From Tubiluchus corallicola (lineage: Eukaryota > Animalia > Priapulida), in contig JAQGDQ010001155.1 of assembly GCA_030141605.1 (NCBI GenBank), positions 1 through 59,029 of the forward strand: a stretch of DNA of 59,029 nt, read 5' to 3'. The position numbers were made by a program, and so were the translations under genes. The notes under the pieces were generated by a model. That model ran no database searches, had not been told where the DNA came from, and saw nothing but the letters and a program-made list of their open reading frames with translations. This document shows positions 27,504 through 42,500 of this stretch, piece after piece (position 1 is the stretch's first letter; every line of letters starts with the position of its first letter).

Positions 27504-30500
27504 CGATGATGACAGCGACGATGACGACAATGCTAAAAGGGACATTTTGCGGACCATGTTTTGGGAGATGTGGGGTAGGGGGTTTGCTGAATTTATTACA
27601 TTGGTGGCAGTACTTCCTTTTTGTAAGCATCTGCTAGATTAGATAACAGATGTTTTATTTTTCTTATTTAGAGTAACGCTGTTATAAGCACTTTGCTGTA
27701 AAGCTCAATGGTGTAATTGTGAATGTATATAGTTAGGTTAAATTTTTAGCTACGACTTCATCACTACTGTTTTTATTACCGTTATGTTGTTACTGTATGA
27801 ACCTTTACGCTGCGTTAATGTTGTCTGCTTTGATATAGTCTAGTCTCATCTGTTGGAATCTAATCTAATCTAACCTAATGACGGTAAGCAAGATTACATT
27901 CTAACTCTTGAAATCGTGGCCAGAATTTTAATACTCTGTTAAAATGACAAAGGTCATTTACTTTGTAAGCATACCATTGCACAACTTAGTTCTTTTGCTG
28001 CACATTTAAGGTTCGGCCAAGCACTGCTGCAAACTCTGCCAGCCTTAAATCTTCCAACAGTTCCAAGACTTGCCGGCAAAATTTCAGCTAGAGAAAATAA
28101 GGAAACTGGTATTTATCTGTTCATATATAGTGAACTCGGAAGTCAAAATTAACAAATTTAAAACGTTTTTGCAATTTTAGAGACATTCTGACTGTGAAGA
28201 GAAACTGAAAGAGTTGGTCGTGGCCGAGAAGAAATGGAAGAGCAAAGAGGAGATGTACAAAAAGCAGGAAAGAGAGCTGCAAGAACAGATTACTAAACAG
28301 AGGGAAAAGTTGAACAGTACGGTGTCCGGCAGATGTGCGGAAGATTTGGTGTGGCAGGAGAAGTTACAACAGCTGAAATGTGCCAGAGAGGTGCGACATT
28401 CATGTTTGTTGATTAACTAGTTGTTCTTACAACACCTCTGCTAATTTTCATCAAGTAACGTCAAGTAATGTCAAAAAATATAAAGGACGTCAAGCATCGC
28501 CAAGGAATATAAATAATGTCAAGTAACATCAAGGAATATAAAGGTTGTCAAGTAACATCACGAAATATTAAGGATGTTAAGTAACATCAAGAAATATTAA
28601 GGATGTCAAGTAACATCAGATATGTTAATGACTTCAAGTCATGTCAAGGAATGTAAAGAATGTCAATTAACATCAAGGAATATAAAGGACATCATGTAAC
28701 ATCAAGAAATATTAAGGATGTCAAGTAACATCAAGGAACGTAAAGGTTGTCAAGTAACATCAGGGAATATAGAGAACATAAAATAATGCACAGATTAGCA
28801 TCAAAACGTCAATCAAAGTTTTAAGAGATGTCAAGGGCAAAAGTGTCAAGCATTTATTGCAGATATAACTGCATAAGCAGGATCTAAAGTTCTTAATGAT
28901 TCGTTGATGCTATTTATCTTTTAATACTCCTTGACGATTGTTTTTCGAAGATACTTGATACTTCTTTGATGCTGTCTGATACCCTTGACACTCCTTGGTG
29001 CTGTTTATTTTTGTTGACAATCTTTGACGATGATTTTTCATTGATCGAGTATTTGACGCTTTCTTGTTGCTGTTTGATACGTAATGTCAATGCAGACCAC
29101 AGCACAACGCAGTACGAAAATTGTTTACTAATTTCTATTGTTTGTGTAAAGCTAATTGCCTGTGTATTTTTCGCATAATATAGATACACCTAATTATATT
29201 TAATTAATTATATCATAGTAACACACATATCTCGATTTGCCGGACAACAGTAGGACATCGGTCTGAATTTGTCGATTGTCCGTATTTACCGATGCTAAGT
29301 TAATACATTGGTGCAATGTATTAAACTCACGGTAATGTAGAATCAATCGCCTAATTGTTTCAAAAACGTCTAGTATTGGCAGCTCCTATGCAAAAGTATA
29401 TAAAAACTTTAACACGCTGACATACAAGCTACACACGTGTCGTTACACGCTGCTTAGTTGCACTGATGTAATGATGTAAACAAAGCAACAGCCCGCCAAC
29501 TAGTGTGTCCGTAGTACGCAGGACTCTTAACGGTCCAGATTTTGTCTGATTTTTCCGATATCTGTAAAAGTGAGGTCCGGCAAACCGAGATATCAGTGTA
29601 TATCAAAAAGACAATAGTTCTGAATATAAATTTATTGTTTCCTTGCATTGTTTGCAGACAATTGGTAAGCTTGAACACCAAGTACATAAACTGGAGGAAG
29701 AGAATTCGAATCTTCAGCACCAAGTTGAATTGTTTCACGAAGAGGAGCCTTCGCGCACAGAAAGTCAGCTGGGCTTTGAGTCTTCTCCAGAAGATGATTC
29801 TCATTTCTCTTCACCCATAAAAGCAGAAACAAACCAAGAGCTGTGCAAGCAACAGAAGCTTCATGCAGAGTTAGAAGAAAAATATAAACTGGAGTTGGAA
29901 AAGAGAAATGATTCCATAGCAGAACTCGAATCTAAACTTAAACTGAAGGACGGATCCAGTCTGTCGTTAAACTCAAAAGTGACAGAGTATGAGGACATCA
30001 TATCTGAGTTGAAGTTTAAGGTAGCTGCTTACAGTCGAAGCGAAACAGCGCTGAACTGTCGGGTTTTACAGTTACAAGACGAGTTTAGAATAGAGAAAGA
30101 GAGTTTGGAGGACAAGTTAGTCGAAGCAGATGACAAGGAAAAGAGCCTTCAGGGCCAAATTGTTGTTCTCGAGAGATCCGAGTTTGAATTAACGGAGAAG
30201 AGCATGGAATATGAACAGCAGATAGCGCAAATGAGTGATGAGGTTGCTTCGTTAAAAGCGCAAAATACGGAACTGGCACAATCGGTGAAAAAGTTAGAGC
30301 ATGATGAGAGCACTTGTAGTGTGATGAGTATTGATAGTGAGAAAGATTTAACCGTCGAAGCCGAGCCGGTGGACCATGAAGCTGAATTAGCTGCACTGAG
30401 AATGGAGAACCAATCACTCAAGCAGCACTTGGAACAGCAGTCGGGTGGTCTCGTACATGCGACAGTCGGCACCGTAGAGAAACATCTCATAGAGAAGGTA

Positions 30501-33500
30501 CAAAAACTCGAAAGTGAAAACGAAGTTATCCAGAGCAGACTGGCTTCACCTCAAACAGACGCCATTTTGAAGAACGCTTGTCGCGATCTGGAGATCACCA
30601 ATAAGCAGCTGAAACAAACATTGCACGACTCTTTGGTGAGAGAAAAGGTGCACGAAAAAGAGAAAGAGGACTTGCAAATCTGTTACAGAAAGGTGCAGTG
30701 TCAGGTAGAAGATAAAAATGCTCAGATCAACCTGATGGCTGAACGTGTTGCTGCTCTCGAGCAGGAGCTGGTGAGAAGTTCGGAGAAAATTGCCGACTTC
30801 CAGAAGAAAGAACTGCGCATGCTCATGAGGCTGCGACGTTTGAACCAGATGAAACAGGATTTGGCGAGTCACGAACGGCTACAGAAAAAGCTGGCATCAA
30901 TGGAGCAGTCCGAGGAGGAGCTGAACCAAAAGATACAGTTGTTGTCGGGTACGATACACGATCTCCAAGATCAGCTGATTCAGAAGGCGACATCGGAGTC
31001 GAAGTTAAGAGAACGTTTGTTTGAAGTAGAAGAAAAGAATGAACAGCTTGAAGAAAAGCTAAAAGTTTGTGAAGAAACACCGAAACAAGGCGAAGATGTT
31101 GTATGTGTGGAAACACAAATTGATATCATAGAACTCGAAAATACCAAAACAGAATTATCAGCTTTGCGAAAACAGTTGGAAGATCTATTACCTTGCAAAG
31201 AACACTTAGTAGAAGAGAACAGCAAACTGAAAGATGTGAAGGATAGTTTAACCAAAGAAATTCACGATGCTCTGCAAAGATCTAATGGTTTTCTTGAAGA
31301 AAGAATGGCTGTTAGTGAGAAGTACGAAGAACTAATGAAAGAAAACGACGACATGAAAAGGAAAATATCCTGTACAGAATCAAATGTTGAAGAGCTTAAG
31401 TGTGCAATTTCTGATTTAGAAACGGAAAGAACTAATTTAAGTAATCAGGTATCGTCAACCTTGAAAGAGAAAAACGATTTAATGAGTGATTTTGAAAAGC
31501 AGAAATCAGTGATAAGCGAACGTGAAGAAATGTTAAAAGTTGCCGAGGATCATGCTAAGGACATCGAAGCTAGTGAATCATTTCTGAAATCTCGTGTGAA
31601 AGAACTTGAACTTCAAGAGGAACGGTATCAGGAGCGCATCCGCAATCTAGAAACTAGTCTACACGTGCTAAGAAGCGAAATGGACGAAGCTACCATTCTT
31701 ATGGAAACTGCCGCAAAAGTCAAGTCCTCTGCCTCAAATAATACTTGTTTAGGTTTAACAGAAGAACAACTACAGGAAAAGATTGCCGAACTGACGCAGC
31801 TGGAAGCGTCGATGCAACAGCGGATATTTGAACTGCAGAGAAAGGAAGCTGCGTACCAACAAACTCTTGCGGAAGCGGACGCATTGTTGAAAGACACGGA
31901 GGACGGTTACAAAATGCAAGTGGAAGAGCTAGAGCAGTCGGAGCGTAACCTGAAGGACAGAGTGGTTCATTTGGAAAAGAACGAAGTCAGACTGCAAGAA
32001 CTGGCGAGAAGAGACTGGGCCGCCACCGATAAAAGTCGAATCTGGGAATTGCAGCAGAAGAACTTCGAGCTGGAAATCTCCGAGAGAAAACTTCGCGACA
32101 GAGTCATACAACTCGAGCAATCGGAAATTGATCTGAAAAACGAGGTGCACGATTTAGAAGCGCATAAAATTAAATTTGAAGCAGATGTGAGTGCAAATAA
32201 GGCTTTGCTGCAACAGATACAGTCACTGGAAGACAACGAAACTTCACTGCAACAGCAACTGGACGATTTGCAGATTAAGGAAGAGGCTCTGAGAGAAACG
32301 CTGGAACAAGCTGATAGAATCGTTGCCGACAGAGAAGTCGTGTTGGTCACTAGAATAAAAGAGTTAGAGGAAAGTTTGTCTAATGATTCATCCAAACTGT
32401 GTGACTGTGAAGTCAAATTGAAGTCTGTCGAAGAAGAATGCACGTCACAGAAAGGGATTGTAAGTGATTTAAACATCAAAATTAATGATATGGATGCTGT
32501 TAACCAATCTTTACAGGATGATCTTCGAGCCGAAAGACAAAACTTAGAATCTCTGAAGGTTGAAATAGAAAAATTGCAGGCAGAAAATTCAGATGCTCTG
32601 GAAAAGATTGATAGCTTTTCTAAATCGGAAGAGACATTGAGGATCGAGATAAATGATCTCCGGAATCAGCTTTTTGCGGCAAAGTCGGAAAGATCAAAGA
32701 TTGAAAGCAACAGGAAAGTGCTTGTTGAGAAGTTGAAGAAAACGTCCGAAGACAAAGTCGCGCTTGAAAAACAGGTTACCATTCTGGAAGATACGAACCG
32801 AGAGCTCGTTAAGAAGTACGAAACTCAGGCAAATGAGAAGGTCGCTGCAGAGGAAAACTGCCATTCCTTTTCGATGAAATTGTTTGACGTTGAAAAGCAA
32901 AATGACTGCCTTCAAGGAAAAATTAATTACTTGCAAGGCCAGGAAAGAATTGCAGAGTCCAAAATTAAAGATCTAGAAGAAAAGGTCAAGGAATTGGGCA
33001 ATGAAAGAGAAAGATATTCCAGTTTACAACAAGATATGCTAAAAGTTGAAGGTGATAGAGCAGCTTACGAAGTTCAGGTAACTGTTTTCAAATTGCCTGA
33101 CAATTTATTTTCATTTATTCATTATAAAACTTCGTTTAACCCTTATATGGTCACGATTTTTTACAACCGATTTTGGTAACGGGGGGGGGGGAGCGGTAAA
33201 AAATTACCACCACCATAATTCGTAAATTACTTTTGGTAAACCGCAGTGTTTCATTAGTAAACAGCAATAGTATAATTTGTGGTTATGCTGACCACCATAG
33301 GATACATTATACCTCTGCTTAAAGACATGTGACTTACTAGTAATACGAAATTTAAATTCACTTAGTTACGTTCCCTTATCTATGCTGGAATAACTGTAGA
33401 CAACCGACATTGCTAGCGCGTGTGCAAAAATCATTGTTATTTTGAATTTATTGTCTACTACTTTCTTCTTTCTACGTCAGCATACAGACGTCTGACATTT

Positions 33501-36500
33501 TGTTTTGTCAGATATATCGCCCGTATAGGCAAGCGAAGTAAAGTTTCGACAATTTTAAAAAATCAACATATTGCATTTTCACTTTTATTTCGTGATGATA
33601 CAATGCACCTAAAATAAATAACTGAAAGTATTTTGTGGACAAAACATATTTAGAAAAAGTCATAGAAAAGTTTTACTGGGATGCGTATGGTAAAAGGGAA
33701 AATGCAAAAAACCGGTCTAGGGGTAATTTTTTACCCCCTGGTGACCCATAAGGGTTAAATCAATGTTATCAGCTGCTAAATAATTAAAGCTGTTGGCTTT
33801 TTGTAATAGCAGTAAAAGGGGTGTATCCGACTTTTTGTTTCCTGTACGATATCCAATTTTGATTTTAAGTGCCGGAATTTATACTGAATGGCAGCAAAGG
33901 GGAAAGTTGCAAAACTTACAGGAAGCCAGGCTGAATGAATTTTTTTAGCCAATCAGCATGTCCTGTTTTCTTCATTAAATACCGTTTTAGTGAATTTATG
34001 TATGGTTTTCCTTGAAAATCTTATTCAATATGCATGATCAGTATGTACTGGAAAGATATAGAGGAAAGTGTATTCTGTGCACACCCTCCCCCTTATAAAG
34101 TTACTATGCATTTCCATATTTGTAAATGCAAGCAGCCAAAATGTTTTCTGTAATAAAACATTTTCAAATTTAGAATACTTTAGTCAGAATTTACTTTTAG
34201 CTTAACAGACTCAAAGGCTTAGAGTTGGAGACGGTGACTCTTAACACTGAGAAATCTTCTCTTCAATCTACCATCCTCGAGCTTCAGGAGCAGAACACCG
34301 CCCTATCCGCGAGCTGTCAACAGCTGACCGCTGACCTCGGTCACTCCAGGGCAGAGCAGGTAAGATTGGAACTGGACAACGGCAAGTTGCTTAATGAACT
34401 ACGATCCCGTAAGTCACCGTACGAGACAGAAATGAAGCCGGTGAATGAAACGGAAGCGGAAATGCGGAGCGAAGTCGGAAAACTCCGCGGCATCAACTTC
34501 CAAGTTCAGAGAGAAGTGACCAACTTAGAGAAACTCGTTGCTGAAAAAGATACGGTAAGTGCAGCACAGAGCATAGATAATATTGCAATATCCTGATGGT
34601 TGCTAAAATTTATATTATCACAATTTGTGTTACAAGATCTTGTGACAATCATGACAGGAATCACTGCATGCAAAAAACAATGAAAGTGCCAGAACAATGT
34701 AATGTAAAGAATGAAGCCTCACCACTTTTGCTACTCAAGCTTCGGACTTCTTCTTCATGCTAAATCATAAAGAAAAATCAATAAATGTGAAGTGGACACA
34801 AAACACCAGTTTAATATGTTGACCAAAAGTTTCTTTATTCTGTAATACAATGATTAAAAATTAGTTTAATTTGCATTGAGTAGAAGAGAGTTCATTGCAT
34901 GATTAGATGTATGACTATAACTAAGAAAACTGATATAAAATTTATATAAGCTATATTGAAATTAATTAATAATGACTTACGTTGTTAGAGCCTTTAATAG
35001 TTACAAAGACAGGAATGAGAACTCCAAGGCCTTAAGAACAACGATGTCACAACAATAAACTCGTAAGAAATTTAGAAATTTAATGCTCATCACAAACACA
35101 AAACTAGAGCAATGGCGGAGAGAACCAAAAGACGGGTAAAATGCCATACAACTACTATAGCTAACGAAAGAACAAAATGCTATAGTATTCAAGGATATTA
35201 GGTGCTTCAATTTTAAAAGAGTGACTACTGTAAAAGGTAAAAGTCTACTAAATAAACGAACAGGTGGCAGCATCGTGGCAGTAACTAAATAAAAACCAAA
35301 AAGGGCCTATGCACCCGCTACAAAATGTCTTCAGCAAATTTTATTACACTGTACAGCAATTCAGACAGAATGATTCTACACTTGCTACTTTACAAATGTA
35401 ATGCTGCCAATTAGTTATTATAACATTAGACAAACTCTAGACTATAATCAACTTCAATAACGAAATAAAAAAGCTAGAATAACCACTGTGAACATCATCT
35501 TGTTATTAAAGAATACCATCGTAGGTAAAATGCAAAAATGTTCTGACTGATGCAAAGTCTTCAATAAAATCATGACATCCTCAGTGGTCATTGTGCTGCT
35601 TTCACTTCTGTTGAAACTAAGATTGCCTAATGACAGAAAGAACTTTATCAAAGCTAATAAAATTTCCAATATTGTACCTCGTTGTCAGTAGAATGTGATT
35701 CGTCCTTCTCCTTTTCATTTCCGTCTTCGCTCTTCTTCTCGTCTTCTTTTTTATTCTCATCCTGCGCAAATCAAAACGGAATTTTCGCGGCACGAACATA
35801 AAACCGTAAAACATCAAAGTAAGATGAACGGTAACAAGCTCTGCCTTCATCGACTGATAATTGACCTAATAATATCTGACATATGAATTATGATTATGTA
35901 TATGTCTATGTTTAGTAATGATGAAGATGGTGATGATGACAATGGTGGTGATGATGGTGGTAGTAGTGGTGGTGGTGGCAATGGCAGCAGAATGGTGGTG
36001 ACGATGGTGGTAGTGGTGGTGGCAGCAGAATGGTGGTGATGATGGTGGTAGTAGTGGTGGTGGTGGCAATGGCAGCAGAATGGTGGTGACGCTGGTGGTA
36101 GGGTTGGTGGTGGCGGTGGCAGCAGAGATGGCTGTGATGATGATGATGATAATGGCAAAAATGAATGTAACAGATACAAGAAAACATCTTTGGGTTGCAT
36201 CGTTGTTTAATGTTTATTCTAAACCAAAAAAATACAAATAAAGAAATAGCAAGAAACAAACTACACATTTAAAGCAACAAACTAACAAATTTAAAGCAAA
36301 TGTGCTATTGTCTGACATACTGAAATTTACAATATGAAAATGAAGCTGTCGTAATGGAAAATACAATATTAAAAAGTACAGAAAGAACGTATACTGCCAA
36401 TATTCTGTAGCACCAAATCAACGGAAACCATTTTTAGACTATTTACATTTCCTACCTCACATTCTAATTGCGTTTCAAGTTACTAAACATCAAGTTCAAG

Positions 36501-39500
36501 TTACTTAACTAAATATAATTGTTACTTATATCATTGCCCTAGTCTTGAGAGGAACAAGTTAAGGTTCAGGTACACTAACGTTAGTAAATCAAATAACTAG
36601 CAAAAAACAATGTAATACATTTTCACACACATTACTGACAACCAAAACATAGCCGCGTAATCAAACTACAGCAATAACACCTACTGTTTAAAACCCACTG
36701 AGCCAGTGATCCGAGACAAATGGCACGAAATCTAAAAATCATTGACAAACGAAACGCAATGTGAAGGCACGAAATTTATAAGCAATTGATTATGATTTCG
36801 CAGTTTCGTTTGGAAGAGTAGATTCGTTTCTAAAACATTTCCACTGCAATTTCTGCTTACCAGAATGTTATTACCAGAGAGTCATAGTTATGGATATTGT
36901 CATTCTATTATTCATGTTTCAGGGTGCTTTAGTAAAACCAATGCTATCCCAAAATGCAGTCAACTCTTCATATTCCCCCACACGACCCATCAGTGCGGAG
37001 CCGCCTAACTGTGCTGGTACCCTGGTGGATGAAAGACTAATTCAACGACCTGTTGGTTTTGTACCAGCAGATGAGAAGAATAATTATCTAAGTAAGTGCT
37101 TAGATGCATGTAATCTTAGTATTTCAGCTTAAGCCATATTCATAACAGCCAAGCAGTCATGGCGTGATCTCAAGGAAGAAGTTTATGCAATGCCAAAGTT
37201 GGTCAGTGAGTAAATGTGTGTGGTTACTTTTTTGTTTAGTAGTCACTTTTGGTTGTTTTGTTCATCAACTGCTTCTGGCATTGAAAAGAAGCATTTTGAG
37301 AGACTTGTGCTGGTTGAATGGATTAGATTCTGGTCCTGCTGCACTCATCCACATGGAGTAGGCACTACTGCTTTTAGCTTGCTGAGAGTCAAACTGTGTA
37401 CAAAAGTCTAGTTTGTATTAAGGCATCGCTGCTGCACACAAATTGTTTATTTTGTATGTTTTTATAGGTATTGCAAATGTCCGTGAATCTATGGACAATG
37501 TCCAAGTGCAATTGCATGTTGCAAGCACTGCAGAAACTATGCCTAAAGGAGAAGATGATGTGTCACATGACCCGTCTGGTCGACAGGTGTGTATAAACAT
37601 TTCAGTTTTATTATTTTTCCTGCGACGTTAATTCTGATTTGTTTTCTTTTAATGTTTTTACTATGTTCCTCTGTCCATTTATAAATTACCTCTTATTTGC
37701 GATCCTTGTGCATTATGTGAGATGATGCTTATATGCAGTGACATATTGCAAGCTGTGCGGACCACACAGGGTGGTCAGTACTATAATTTTATTACTTTTT
37801 TGTTATTTTAACAGATTTTTTAATGGCGATTCTTTTCCCAAAGGGAAATATTTTTCTAAGTTTGAAGTTAATAACGAAATATCTTCGTTCAACTATGAGT
37901 AATCACGGGCGAGTTGCATTTTAGGAAGAGGGCAGCCAATTTGGCTACCACACAAGGTGATCAAACCCCCGCTACGCCACTACTTGTATAACTAGGCATC
38001 AAGTTTCGATCACAATCTGCATTCGGTTCTGACCTGTAAAGATTATCAAATGTTTCCGCCTGGAGATTTCCGCAAAATAGCTTCTTGTTTTTCCTGAAAA
38101 GATTTTGGCCATGAAGAGATTGATAATAAAAAATTAGTTTTTTTTTGTTTAAACTTAAAATTGCTGTTTTTTTGCAATAAAATACAACATGGCCGACCAC
38201 TAGTAAGGCAATTTGGATGTAAGCCACACTTGTATACACTGTACAGTACTGTTTAAGAAAGATGTGACATTGTTAAGTCATAATTTTCTTTGTTTGAACT
38301 TATACATAAAATAGCAAGCTTTAGTCTACACATTTCATAAGTTAGTATGTTGTCTACTTCTAACAAGTTATTCGTAAAACAGAAAGTACAGCGTAACTAA
38401 TCAATCAAAAAATATCAAACATTATGCTAAGCAATTGTGATGCAATCTGGATTTAAACTGGTATCTTTTACAAAGCATTGTAGCGTCTTTCCTGTTTATT
38501 TTGCTTTGCTGAGTTTGTTTTATGTTTTCAGGTCATTTCAGTGTCCATTGGACAAAAAGATCTCAGTTTAGGAGAAGGTGGAAAAACTGCACCGCCTCCA
38601 CTTCCCTCATCCAGTCCACCTAGAGAGATTGATCGGTATGAAGTCGTTACTTAAATTTCCCCTGTTTATGTTTAGATGTGTTTTGCAAAAAATAAACATA
38701 AGTGACCAATAAAGTAACAGCAGCAGACATCTAAACATTGTTAGTACGCACTTATACGTTTCTTTACCAACATTGTTAGCTGATTATTAACTTTAATGAT
38801 AGTTAACAAGTTTACATTGTTTGTTGAACGTTATTTTCTAATATACGATTCAAATCACAGATTTAAATGCATGCACAGTTAAAGTTTGCGCAAATTATGT
38901 GGCAACAATGGTACCATGTTCTAATACGAATTCTGTGGTCTGTTATTCATCAAACAATGGGCATGCCATGTTCTAATACAAATTCTGTGGTCTGCTGCTC
39001 ATCAAACAATGAATGCCATGTTCTAATACAAATTTTATGGTCTATTGAATGGCAAACAATTTGTGCCATGTTCTAATACAAATTCTATGGTCTATTGAAT
39101 GGCAAACAATGGATGCCATGTTCTAATAGAAATTCTATGGTCTATTGAATGGCAAACAATGGATGCCATGTTCTAATAGAAATTCTATGGTCTATTAGAT
39201 GCCATGTTCTAATACCAATTGTGTTGTCTGTTATTCATCAAACAATGGGCATGCCATGTTCTAATACAAATTCTGTGGTCTGTTGCTTATCAAACAATGA
39301 ATGCCATGTTCTAATACAAATTTTATGGTCTATTGAATGGCAAACAATTTGTGCCATGTTCTAATACAAATTCTATGGTCTATTGAATGGCAAACAATGG
39401 ATGCCATGTTCTCTAATACAAATTCTATGGTCTATTGAATGGCAAACAATGGATGCCATGTTCTCTAATACAAATTCTATGGTCTATTGAATGGCAAACA

Positions 39501-42500
39501 ATAGATGCCATGTTCTAATACCAATTGTGTTGTCTGTTATTCATCAAACAATGGGCATGCCATGTTCTAATACAAATTCTGTGGTCTGTTGCTCATCAAA
39601 CAATGAATGCCATGTTCTAATACAAATTTTATGGTCTATTGAATGGCAAACAATTTGTGCCATGTTCTAATACAAATTCTATGGTCTATTCAAATTCTAT
39701 GGTCTATTGAATGGCAAAAAATGAGTGCCATGTTCTAATACAAATTCTATGGTCTATTGAATGGCAAACAATGGATGCCATGTTCTCTAATAAAAATTCT
39801 GTGGTCTATTGAATGGCAAACAATGGGTGCCATGTTCTAATACAAATTCTATGGTCTACTAAATAGCAAACAATGGGTGCCAAGCTCTAATACAAATTCT
39901 ATGGTCTATTGAATGGCAAACAATGGGCACCATGTTCTAATACAAATTCTGTGGTCTGTTGCTCATCAAACAATGAATGCCATGTTCTAATACAAATTCT
40001 ATGGTCTATTGAATGGCAAACAATGGGTGCCAAGCTCTAATACAAATTCTATGGTCTATTGAATGGCAAACAATGGGCACCATGTTCTAATACAAATTCC
40101 ATTGTCTATTGAATGGCAAACAATGGGCACCATGTTCTAATACAAATTCTATGGTCTATTTAATGGCAAACAATGGGCACCATGTTCTAATACAAATTCC
40201 ATTGTCTATTGAATGGCAAGCAATGGGCACCATGTTCTAATACAAATTCCATTGTCTGTTGAATGGCAAAAAATGAGTGCCTTGTTCTACAACGAAAAAC
40301 AATAAAATGAACAAATCACAAATGTTGCTTCTGAACACCTTCTAAATTTATCAGAACACATTTTTCTTGTTCGGTTCTTAAAATATTATTTTTGTTCTTC
40401 ACTTAGGTCAGGCAGTTTTAGTTCTGACTGGATTGATGTAACTAGTGACAATTCGGGATCAGCACCGTCATCAGTTCATGGGTCGCCTAGCATCTCTTCA
40501 AGATCCATAGCTGGGTCGCCGTCTGTTCACAGGCATTGTAAACCCTCTCACATTCCGGTTCCGTCGTGCCGTCCTACGCAATCTGGTCTTCGTATGCCCT
40601 CCTTGTTGCAACAACAATTAGGCGACCTACAAACAAAAGAAGCAGAGATTGCGAAGTTAAACCAAAATCTGGAAGAAATTAAAAAGGTGTGTACAGCAAG
40701 TTATAAAAAAACTCTTCTCTTCTCTCTTCCCTTCTCTTCTCTCTTCCCTTTTCTTCTCTTCTCTTCTCTCTTCCCTTCTTTTCTCTCTTCTCTTCTCTTC
40801 TCTTCTCTCTTCCCTTCTCTTCTCTCTTCCCTTGTTTTCTCTCTTCCTTCTCTTCTCTTCTCTTCTCTTCTCCTCTTCTCTTCTCTCTTCCCTTCTCTTC
40901 TCTCTTCCCTTCTCTTTTCTCTTCCCTTTTCTTCTCTTCTCTTCTCTCTTCCCTTCTCTTCTCTCTTCCCTTGTTTTCTCTCCCTTTTCTTCTCTTCTCT
41001 CTTCCCTTCTCTTTTCTCTTCCCTTCTCTTCTCTTCTCTTCTCTTCTCTTTTCTCCTCTCGTCTCCTCCCCTACTCACCTCCTCTATCCTCTCCTCTCCT
41101 TTCTCTCCTCTCCTCTCTTTTTCTCTTCTCTTCTCTTTTTCCCTCCTCTCCTCTCCATGTTCCTGGTCTGATTTGTTCTGTTCTCTTCTGCTTTATCCAT
41201 TTATTTCTATTGCAAATCACTTTTTCATTGTTTCAATTATGTCTTTTGCTGTTTTGCTAGATATTGACCTTTTTGTGTCCAGCTTGAGCATTCTTTCAAT
41301 ACACCGTCATATCCATTCCTCTTTCTATGGTCGAACTGTCAACTTTCGAGTTGTTTAATATCAGAGTGCCTGCTATATCTCTTCTAGAAATGGAACATTT
41401 CTGAAATTGTCTTAATTATTTTTGCCATAGTCAATTAGCTGACAGGCAGCACAACCTACTGTTTTCATGTTAATGAAATAAAAATAATAATTATTATTAC
41501 CTTAGATTATATTTGAATGTGTGTAATTCACTCTTTCACTGACAGGTGGCGCGACAAGACAAGTTTGAGCTGGACGTGAAGAAAAGGGAAGTGTGTGAAC
41601 TGGAGTCGGAGGTGAAAAAGCTCGGTAAATTACTCCGAAGCAGAAATGAGGAAGGTGAGGATGTTAGCATTTATGTGGATGTTTCGTTCATTATGCTGGC
41701 TGTGGCTCTTTGTCTCACCGAGGATAGATGTAGAGTGGCCAAGACACTTCTGATGGTTCACTGTCTCATCTTAACAGGTTAACCTCGGTACAGAGCCAGG
41801 TTCAAAGCCCACTACAATCATTCTGTATAAAAAATAATGTGCTGAACAGTTATTTTTGTAAGCAGAAGGCAAATTTGGGAACTAAATGTGTACTTTCATA
41901 GCAGAATCGTCCATAAGTCGGCACTTAAGCTTTTCTAGTTATTCACATATCCTGAATCTCCATTTCATGAGGATCATTTTGATACCAAGTTCATCGCTCT
42001 ATATTATTTAAAGCTGAGATAATCCACGTTGAAGTTGAGGTCCGTTTGTGTGTGCTTGCATAGGAAAATCAGCAATTAAGCTTTTCTAGTTATTCACATA
42101 TCCTGAATCTCCATTTCATGAGGATCATTTTGATACCAAGCTCATGGCTCTATGTTATTTCTAAGCTGAGATAATCCACGTTGTAGTTGAGGTGCAGGCT
42201 GCACACTGAAATACATAATCTTCAGAAAATCACTGTTAAAGTCAGCCATTGTTTTTTGTCGCGTTACTACAAGACACTTAGCAACCGCGCGAATGTTGAT
42301 TGCCATGAACCTTGCAAGAGCACATTAAAGTTGTGTTTAAATCCAGTAGATAGTTCTTTCTGATGAAGATCTGGGCTTAGCAATAGGAAAAATCCAAAGC
42401 AAAATGATTGCTTCCACGAGCTACTATCGGAGTTAGAATATACAAGTTTTTTTTACAATTGCAGTACTAGTTTCTAGACAGAAAAAGTGGGTAAGGAGTT

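Noticed and set aside
30085-32936. Several minus-strand ORFs
   Set aside because: Antisense shadows of the E/K/L-rich giant exon
29643-33179. Stand-alone intronless or prokaryotic SMC/myosin-like gene
   Set aside because: No motor or ATPase motifs, TTG start, and bounded by consensus splice sites in phase with neighbouring exons
34201-34209. Alternative acceptor CAG at 34208
   Set aside because: Out of frame with the phase-0 upstream donor. The acceptor at 34200 keeps the frame.
40687-41358. Hydrophobic LFSS-rich and EKRR-rich ORFs
   Set aside because: Polypyrimidine tract downstream of a clear donor at 40687
42358-42400. Hammerhead ribozyme (CTGATGA...GAAA). Also considered at ~10391.
   Set aside because: I could not find the required flanking stems or cleavage triplet by eye
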